A DNA stretch of 38,393 bases from Deltaproteobacteria bacterium (GTDB lineage Bacteria; Desulfobacterota; Deferrimicrobia; Deferrimicrobiales; Deferrimicrobiaceae), in assembly GCA_025357175.1 (NCBI GenBank), contig JANXPS010000018.1, positions 1 through 38,393 on the forward strand. The letters are read 5' to 3'. A program made the translations under genes and the position numbers. A model generated the notes under the pieces. It was given only the letters and a program-made list of their open reading frames with translations. It did no database searches and was not told where the DNA came from. Shown one piece after another: positions 12,001-15,319 of this stretch; position 1 is the stretch's first letter, and each line of letters begins with the position of its first letter.

Positions 12001-14564
12001 TGACGCTCGGGGCGGGCAACGACATCGTCAACGTGCAGGGTACCGGCGCGACGGCCGCCACGAAGATCGACAGCGGCGCGGGCGACGACAAGATCTTCGT
12101 CTCCTCCGACGCCAACGTGGCCGCGCAGTGGGCGACGGACGGCTTCCTCGCGGGCGACACGTTCCGCTTCCTCGGCGGGACCGACGCACCGTCGCTCGCC
12201 TTCACGATGCCTTCCGGAGCGAAAGCGGCGCGCCTCGATATCCGCGACGCGAACGGCACGCTCGTCCGCACGATCGGCCTGGGCGACCTTGCCGCAGGCG
12301 ACTTCACGCAGAGCTGGGACGGCAGGGCCGACGACGGCCGCACCCTGGCTCCCGGCGCTTTCCGCTTCACGGTCACCGGGGAGGGCCTCGCCGGATCCGT
12401 CGTGACGGCCACCGGCACGATGGCCGGGACGCTCGACGGCCTCGCGTACGCCCTCGACGTCGAGGCGGGCGCGGGCAACAACACGCTCATGGTCAGCGAC
12501 GCCGGGTCACGGACGGGCGATACCGCAACGCTGGCCGCAGACCGCATCCTGGGGCTGTCGGACGGGGATATCACCTACGTGTCGACCGGCGGCGACTTCA
12601 ACGGCGGCATCACGGTCTGGAGCGGCTACGGCGCCGACAACATCACCGTGACCGGTTCCGCTTCCGATGTCGAAGGACGCACCGTCACGACGGTCAACAC
12701 CGGCCTGGGAGACGACCATGTTTCCGTGTCGCTCCACGCGGGCACGGACGGCTTCTTCGTCCTCAACACGCAAGGGGCGTACGACCACGACAATCTGAAT
12801 GCCGACATCACCGACAACGACACCGTCGATGCATCGGCCTCCACGCTGCCGCTGGTCATCTTCGGCGGCCAGGGCGACGACAACCTCACGGGCGGCAGCG
12901 GCAACGACATCATCTTCGGCGACCGCGGCCGGGTCGACTATCTCGACGCAGACGGCAACGTCGTCGCGACCCTCGGACGCGGCGGACTCGGCGACGCGAC
13001 GGACGGCCTGCAGCACACGGCGCTTTCCGCACACACGGTCGATCCGGCCGTCGGCGGCGACGATACGATCGATGCGCGCGAGGGCGACAACCTCGTCTTC
13101 GGCGGCGCCGCCAACGATCACATCACCTCCGGCACGGGCAACGACGTCCTGGCCGGCGACAGCGGCATCGCCACCATCGCGGCGTCCGGGGTGCTGTCCG
13201 GGGTCGCTTCGACCGACGCCGGAATCGGCGGAAACGATACGATCATCTCCGGCGACGGCAACGACGTCGTGATCGGCGGATTCGGCGGCGACACCCTCAC
13301 GGACGGAACCGGCCGCGGTTACCTGCTCGGCGACAACGGGACGGTCTCCTTCGATTCGACCGGCCGCGTGGCGATCGTCTCGACGTCGGACACCGTCGCG
13401 GAAACGGGCGGAGACGACACGATCACGACCGGCGACGGCGACAAATACGTCTTCGGGGGTGTCGGCGACGACACGATCACGACCGGCAGCGGCGACGACG
13501 TCCTCACCGGCGACAACGGTGTGCTCTCCTTCAAGAAGGACGGGACGCCGGGCCTCCTCAGGACCGTGTTGCCGTCGCTTGGCGGCGACGACACGATCCA
13601 CGCGGGCGAAGGCGACAACATCGTGATCGGCGGGATGGGGAGCGACACGCTCGACGCCGGTGCGGGTGACGACATCCTCATCGGTGACGGCGGCAGGGCC
13701 GAATGGACCGGGAGCCATTCAATCGTCGTCGAGTCGACCGATCCCTTCGTCGGGAAAGCCGATGTCCTGAACGGCCAGGGCGGGAACAACGTCCTGATCG
13801 GCGGGGCGGGGAGCGATCTCTTCTACGGCAACCTGTCCAAGGATCTGATGATCGGCGACAACGGCCGGGTGACGATTGAAAACGGGCAGGTGACGACCGT
13901 CGTCCTCATGGGTCAATATCCGCTCGACCTGATATCCTCGATCGAGTTCGGCCTCTACGGATCGCCCTGGGTCGGAGCGTCCGCCTCGGGCGGGGAAGAA
14001 AAGGCGGGGCAGGGGCTCGTGCTGCCCGAGACGATGAGGGGGGTCAGTCCCATCAACGACTTCCTGAAGACCGTGATCAACTTCTACGCACCCCGTCCGA
14101 CGGTCTGGACGGCGCCCGCGATGACGTTCCACGGCAGCGCCGCGGCAGCGCCCGCCCCGGCGACTCCGGCTCCCTCCGCCGACAGGGAGTCGGTCGAGAA
14201 ATCGATCCAGTCGCTCCTCGACTTCTTCGTCCCCGTCGCGCTGGCGGAGTCGGGGGATGAACGGATCGCCGCCTTGTGCGAAGATGGTTCGTCGACCGTC
14301 ATGACCGACGACGGCCTGATCGTGGACGCACGCCTCTCCGGCGGCGACGCCGGCGCGGCCAAGGCGCTGGCGAACGCCGCTCCGCCTTCCGCCCCGGCCA
14401 AGGAATCCGGCGAACCGGCGGCGCTCGAATCGCTGGTCGCGGGGGTTGCGGGCTGGAACGTCGCATCCAACGGCGCTTCCGACCGGAAGGTCAGGCTCGA
14501 CCGGGAGGCATTCGAGAATCTGGAACGGAAAACGCGCGAGCGCAAATTCCGCAAGTGGCACTAA
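1..14564 (+). CDS. Giant secreted mosaic repeat protein (RTX / Calx-beta-like / PPC-like adhesin-type), 5'-partial; >4848 aa in window
   Basis: Single uninterrupted frame from the window edge (no stop in codons 3-17 upstream of the listed GTG at 18) to TAA at 14562-14564. G/C-rich third positions. Readable domain content: beta-helix-like N-terminal part, many GGxGxD motifs, Calx-beta-like segments, C-terminal GGxGxDxUx nonapeptides. Confidence 0.9.
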   Translation, partial: LAVDHVSAGAEVRLKGKSGLTDGRAADSDVANVTGGDIILEGGSGGIGAPGAGNAFDVLLNGTTGLTARAANDVYITSEGDLRLMEIYSAGGTIDLRSKLSILDAYDEVTQATLAEKPFAKITGASAYLKAGDHIGTSGNAIETKLGTISATAENDIFLYEISTHAMSVGTVESTGGDVSLSADYGIEKKAGSTGANVIGDSIVLSNLMAGSIGVAGGSQDLVVKTRALTGAGVPTEDRGLSTHAFGNIYIQASGDLYLNAVSADNGGDAYISAPTGRIINGRLSGGANVTSGRTRLFANGDIGAAGNAITSEVSALEGLSIAGSFFLANSGDMTIGGITGAAKAIDAAGPVDISNACETWVEGDVESDGNVNITTDDDWQPGDEEARDEIIVRSGKTIRSTDLVHGSVTLRAGDGVKVEAGGTVASGHIVIGTVDGDGDGNVIELYGTLTAGDVLVEGGAHNDTIVITNTSSPTTVNAGGGDDTVHIGSHATPTTNTGGTTQRIAAGLTVNGGTGNDTVVVDDTGSNTARTLVLTDSTIDGISPATIHYSGLETLDIHLGNLGNTAKVRSTALDATTTITTGGGSDTIYVGSSDDGVSTVNGLAGRLILDGQVGTDTLRIDDMGDDSDNTGAMTRDSVTGLGTAGIDYTRLEAMTVDMGTGGDDFTISSVNAATSTFVNGNAGNDIVRVGTLLTDIGGPLYIQGGEGDDRLVVDNSSQTQGQEGTMLAETREGADPDTYLLSGFGLSPAGIDYRAFEKFALKLGTGDDKLYVATTIPGDNVIDLNDGNDVVNINEIDGSVVPTKTGSTTVFGGIGNDIFRVNYDGNGNQTFQNGIHGELSLHGGAGSDLYQIGLSGGGSSIINVTDLAPSNDLGINIMEVYGTNLPDYFLFRPNTIASVELGAERQPLPGGGIERINYDRSLNGGINVYGRDGDDTFVFDETSAPLTVYGDGGNDTFQVGQMFKSQRDAAAGLAPEDTFETIATTQGYLSNGASEPLTLYGGTGDDSFTVYHTGAELFLFGEAGDDTFRVHAFVKIDPNDLKKPFTNINGGQGSDFITYTVNAPVNIDGGDGFDTLTIVGSEFGDDFVITDKGIYGAGFPVRYTGLEKITVDGMQGNDTFFIESTPENVQLEIVGGLGSDTFNIGGSNGQPVTVVGKNMDGHSGLIDNDINAALSSADYANLFVPDVSAIIADADSAGVVIRPVDDTTTLLEGGTTLMTYAVVLARQPEEDVRVTATQSKPNESDAKAGGKGVLLNGCADGVTLLFSRDNWYVPQYVTVSAPADALAEGTKSYVIQHTAVQGADPNDGGAYDGVKVASLKTTVLDGDQAGVMVTQTNGGTAVAEGASDVNGTSRTDTYQVVLTQKPTGTVHIVLTNADGRLLLDGSPATASADDTVNRFELTFDETNWNVAQTVVVASAGPDGVVQGNAYSRITQRVDSNDLSAFYALSVDNVASNLSGKLAGEVTQDYATSYDPATRILSVTGSGFSASASFKYSAYADPSALEITDSAPSGSKWLEAGVTLSGTPEAGQSWSLVLNGKSYSYNVEEGDSLQYVEHVLSLQAGVRGYATSFDGTSISITAKDGSAFSASLKIDGVLTPGQIAVEGTRALGRVDIQLGDSAALGNVWTVTLNGKAYAFTAGGNRTAEEIAPLDVLVADADTPGVLVTQTGGNTQVIEPTDYSVIGSGAVTSAIDGSHFIADFGQSVLQETSSLHDTIDSAQDLDLGKWSLNANTEIQQAGEIPHITLQAAGDNTPDYYKFTVTQKMIADATDGKVSVILDVDHGYEDGDTVFWGSQITLFDAAGQVMTDTSRTVSPLDWTVNSDSNGHPISMGTGFSDPATAGAGGSSTYLDDYLAWDVTSAGTYTVKVDNWLSWYTYWQTGSTTGVPQGTDYDLQVSVENHGTNNFRFSPDPIFEAEPVNNVSQNIDATGNWSTFYDPKVGNTDYTGGLTGSSTPYVKIIGSGDGSKDVYQFTVTSDMLNPTSTDNVTGPTVAGSYYKSADLVFRGAGSVGDVWTLTLDGKDYSYTATTASLSEVVIGLEATLPTGTAGYGLSTGTTGETGDTLSISLANGFRIDGLKRVAADAGTTSRLETTGGTAFTHADIALGGTVSPGGRWTLTVGGNVYFRDIGATAVGQDVIAADIVSQITGDSGATFTASVDSVDDRLIHIDAKAGNTAGFTVAFMQSGSSAQLLSGTADISGTPVQSTASTVRWSTADLVLQGSAVQNETWRVTLGLIQINSAMVSSTDTLDDVGADLMGKINSDSRTKDDYVAAYSADSKTLEIKLKAGGSVKSFTAAIDILPGSRGTITAGSGVVTHGITLTGTPAAGQIWSLVADAGSAGKTTVTQVVDATHDTLGKIAESLAGKLVAANSDYRAVDDNGTVVASNVNNDAFTVTSTVNPLLSSADVSTSVRTVSLTGTVVTGEKWTVSFDINGTADSVEHLVADSATEMLADIAKDLSDKLVAKGCTSVSVGGTVIVEGLASGDTVTASTTSAGTVTADDSNASARTLDLAGTRTKDEVWTMSIMSGATVLGTASHTVGANGESLTTIALDLATQLSAGDYGAVSDSGRVTVAGLASGSAFTLTYTVDGVAGSATDSAATVHRFNIGGTAGTGETFSITEGTTTRTHVAADGQLPGAIATDFATKLTTGNYKAFASGGSVVIVRIDSGTYGASTSSVSKGGVDTVSTPKATAFTLEGTPASGQIWSASISGGGPSTSHPFATGDTVPKIATALASGLVGSGYVAYATGDTVTVCKIDGSSFTATFTLSPGGSAATVATSIIALGGTASIGETWSVSVDGGGPVASHIVAANGEAMSVIAADLVGQLNGTETDGYTAVYKNGKIVVSKVGAASLTITKPPVQSPPSAGSVLFKGTPKTTFSQSASLLDVDGVADGKCASDDQWTITVGGHTFTWPATVSGTPTDASVDLDTVAAGLAGLLNGSAYGYTATATNHSVSVSKADGSSLSVGDVSVSIKRAGTTPVTESDTRTHYSTAHVFLSSAADVVHSGDVWSIAVNGRTFRYTVPNVDPDHYVYSSDLNINLVAQGLADAINAANLSFSASNSSNEVTINDRDGVLTGPSQTITVDTRRGDGTVRSIFDIDSVTENVGFIVADGGVHYYIDRPTLTLLKDGNPTPLAYSNGSTLVDKGSQSTDDPFLDYKIASAGSYSVQVGTVRHYTDGFRPDAELGVVAPGISYQLDVSVPEHAYNHDILGLVGKQVRITGGTGMGESATITKYDAERKQFTIDSTWATLPDDTSIIEIGTASAIPPAVDTYSVVLSSAPQGDVVVDVVPQATRTYNSAKAFDPASNFGQSNIVQVKAATTQAMFHLSGTATDGLDWTVTLNSGSYTATGADLATVAANLADEINKDIRFTATVGEDGVTLFVTSDDRFYAGASLEAGLQGSVTVTPQLRFTAGNWGTPQSVEVQGLADHLVDGSDALVFPAFADRVNAIRGPVTIDGGIKINAERSLNDPFLLPGETNYPKADGSLSGFGFIDIDGVRYATLTDASATHVDPGVGIKDGFDPRMNGYPYAFTILSGPDKGAVYDVKQVLLDGDGNPTGTIVLDIAYDSVAAGSRPGSGDSYFYAPVNRNFLVTETDQVDTLNVFNGNSPSDDTGVLTGTHIGGLGMGGDTVIGGSPIQGGIDYRNIEALNIDLGSGNDTFTVESTHAGSTAINTGAGNDVVTVKTISGHTTISTGAGADVVNVGSDNGIVDQIAGLLAVNMGGNSGDKLAAVNTGDSGDNVATVTGTTITGLDMPTVGSVQSVYVQARTGSFALSAAGYGQIMVEYGTSASDVQAALNDLFGTADDVKVAESRDVRYGELWSVSYNVTFVDSLAGTAIPQLAWVEGQGGLTGYPDSSAYVRVSTAVDPQAPPQLPSVQTVTVHATEGTFRIGFALDPTDPSAITYTGDIKAGASGDDVLKALSAVLDPNNVHPDRPYTKNVAVRQFGDDYVITFQGAQRTLTISGIVNDTDGSVTCATRMNGINYYGVDTLDLTLGAGNDIVNVQGTGATAATKIDSGAGDDKIFVSSDANVAAQWATDGFLAGDTFRFLGGTDAPSLAFTMPSGAKAARLDIRDANGTLVRTIGLGDLAAGDFTQSWDGRADDGRTLAPGAFRFTVTGEGLAGSVVTATGTMAGTLDGLAYALDVEAGAGNNTLMVSDAGSRTGDTATLAADRILGLSDGDITYVSTGGDFNGGITVWSGYGADNITVTGSASDVEGRTVTTVNTGLGDDHVSVSLHAGTDGFFVLNTQGAYDHDNLNADITDNDTVDASASTLPLVIFGGQGDDNLTGGSGNDIIFGDRGRVDYLDADGNVVATLGRGGLGDATDGLQHTALSAHTVDPAVGGDDTIDAREGDNLVFGGAANDHITSGTGNDVLAGDSGIATIAASGVLSGVASTDAGIGGNDTIISGDGNDVVIGGFGGDTLTDGTGRGYLLGDNGTVSFDSTGRVAIVSTSDTVAETGGDDTITTGDGDKYVFGGVGDDTITTGSGDDVLTGDNGVLSFKKDGTPGLLRTVLPSLGGDDTIHAGEGDNIVIGGMGSDTLDAGAGDDILIGDGGRAEWTGSHSIVVESTDPFVGKADVLNGQGGNNVLIGGAGSDLFYGNLSKDLMIGDNGRVTIENGQVTTVVLMGQYPLDLISSIEFGLYGSPWVGASASGGEEKAGQGLVLPETMRGVSPINDFLKTVINFYAPRPTVWTAPAMTFHGSAAAAPAPATPAPSADRESVEKSIQSLLDFFVPVALAESGDERIAALCEDGSSTVMTDDGLIVDARLSGGDAGAAKALANAAPPSAPAKESGEPAALESLVAGVAGWNVASNGASDRKVRLDREAFENLERKTRERKFRKWH
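1431..3445 (+). repeat. About 19 dispersed calcium-binding-like G-G-x-G-x-D-T/D-hydrophobic repeats inside the giant CDS
   Basis: Read in translation: NAGGGDDTVHIGS, NGGTGNDTVVVDD, TGGGSDTIYVGS, QGGEGDDRLVVDN, YGDGGNDTFQVGQ, YGGTGDDSFTVYH, FGEAGDDTFRVHA, VGGLGSDTFNIGG and others, spaced about 30-60 aa apart. Confidence 0.6.
3579..4325 (+). other. Two consecutive Calx-beta-like domains in the giant CDS
   Basis: ADADSAGVVIRPVDDTTTLLEGGTTLMTYAVVLARQPEEDVRVTA...WYVPQYVTVSAPADALAEGTKSYVIQH, then DGDQAGVMVTQTNGGTAVAEG...YQVVLTQKPTGTVHIVLT...WNVAQTVVVASAGPDGVVQGNAYSRITQRV. Pattern recognition only. Confidence 0.45.
4560..10210 (+). repeat. Array of about 14 degenerate 88-114-aa modules centred on G-x-x-x-G-(E/Q/D)-x-W-(S/T)-hydrophobic, interrupted by PPC-like domains
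   Basis: Conserved Trp codons at 4602, 4884, 6048, 6351, 6693, 6999, 7287, 7572, (Phe at ~7860), 8127, 8391, 8718, 9045 and 10029. Each is followed about 20-30 aa later by an amphipathic L-x-x-I/V-A-x-x-L-A-x-x-L segment and then by a G-x-x-V-x-V...F-T strand pair. Confidence 0.6.
12201..12386 (+). other. FlgD Ig-like (FlgD_ig-type) domain embedded in the giant CDS
   Basis: FTMPSGAKAARLDIRDANGTLVRTIGLGDLAAGDFTQSWDGRADDGRTLAPGAFRFTVTG matches the characteristic 'v.I.D..G..Vr.l.lG....G...f.WDG.d..G......G.Y.f.v' pattern. Confidence 0.45.
12861..13875 (+). repeat. C-terminal RTX (hemolysin-type Ca-binding GGxGxDxUx) nonapeptide block with a higher-order ~60-aa period
   Basis: FGGQGDDNLTGGSGNDIIFGDRG; GGDDTIDAREGDNLVFGGAANDHITSGTGNDVLAGDSG; GGNDTIISGDGNDVVIGGFGGDTLTDG; GGDDTITTGDGDKYVFGGVGDDTITTGSGDDVLTGDNG; GGDDTIHAGEGDNIVIGGMGSDTLDAGAGDDILIGDGG; GQGGNNVLIGGAGSDLFYG. 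Confidence 0.85.
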
Positions 14565-14589
14565 AATAACGAGTCGAGGAGAATCACAG

Positions 14590-14892
14590 ATGGTGCAGGA
14601 CAAGAAGAACGTTCAGGAAACCAAGGCGCCGGCCGGCGGTACGCAGATCCGCTGGGACCACTCCAAGATGGAGACGACCTACGCCAACGTCTGCAACGTG
14701 ACGAGCACGCGTGAGGAGGTTTCGGTCCTCTTCGGAACCAACAAGACGCTCAACGTGGGCCAGCCTGGCGAGATCATCGTCGAACTGACCGACCGGATCG
14801 TCATGAACCCGTTCACCGCCAAGCGCTTCTCCGCGGTCATCAACAAGGTGGTCGCCGATTACGAAGCCGCCCACGGCCCGCTGCCGCTCTAA
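14590..14892 (+). CDS. DUF3467-like small protein (100 aa), paralog 1
   Basis: ATG at 14590, 9 nt after AGGAG (14576-14580). The upstream part of the listed ORF (from 14446) overlaps the giant gene. Core is YANVCNVTSTREEVSVLFG...VELTDRIVMNPFTAKRFSAVINKVVADYEAAHGPL. The DUF3467 assignment is from memory of that family's pattern. Confidence 0.8.
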   Translation: MVQDKKNVQETKAPAGGTQIRWDHSKMETTYANVCNVTSTREEVSVLFGTNKTLNVGQPGEIIVELTDRIVMNPFTAKRFSAVINKVVADYEAAHGPLPL

Positions 14893-14945
14893 GGCGCAGG
14901 ATCCACCGGGAGTAACGACCACGTCCGAATGAGGAGCCTTTTTTC

Positions 14946-15281
14946 ATGAGCAATCGTCCGAAGACCGAAGAGAACCAGACCGCCGAAACCCGTCCGAATC
15001 CCGCCGACGGCCCCCGGATCCAGTGGGACCAGTCGAAGATGAAGACCACCTACGCGAACGTGTGCAACGTCTCCAGCACGCGCGAGGAAGTCTCGATCAT
15101 GTTCGGAACCAACCAGTCGATCAACCTCGGGCAGGGAGAGATCACGATCGAACTGACCGACCGGATCATCCTCAACCCGTACGCCGCCAAGCGCCTCGCC
15201 CAGATCCTGGCGGGCATCGTCAAGCAGTACGAGGCCGCGTTCGGTCCCCTCCCGATCGAGGGCGAAGGTAAATCCCACTGA
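14946..15281 (+). CDS. DUF3467-like small protein (111 aa), paralog 2
   Basis: ATG at 14946 preceded by GAGGAG (~14931-14936). About 60% identical to the preceding gene over an ~83-aa core by my hand alignment (YANVCNVSSTREEVSIMFG...IELTDRIILNPYAAKRLAQILAGIVKQYEAAFGPL). Confidence 0.8.
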   Translation: MSNRPKTEENQTAETRPNPADGPRIQWDQSKMKTTYANVCNVSSTREEVSIMFGTNQSINLGQGEITIELTDRIILNPYAAKRLAQILAGIVKQYEAAFGPLPIEGEGKSH

Positions 15282-15319
15282 TCGTCGAAGGAGAGGACAC
15301 TCCCGGCTCCCGGGCGTCA

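Noticed and set aside
12861-13875. Regular short-period repeats that might be mistaken for a CRISPR array or tandem satellite. The same applies to 4560-10210
   Set aside because: The periodicity is in-frame, at 27 nt for the nonapeptides and about 285 nt for the modules. Repeats are degenerate at DNA level, there is no repeat-spacer structure, and everything lies in one continuous ORF.
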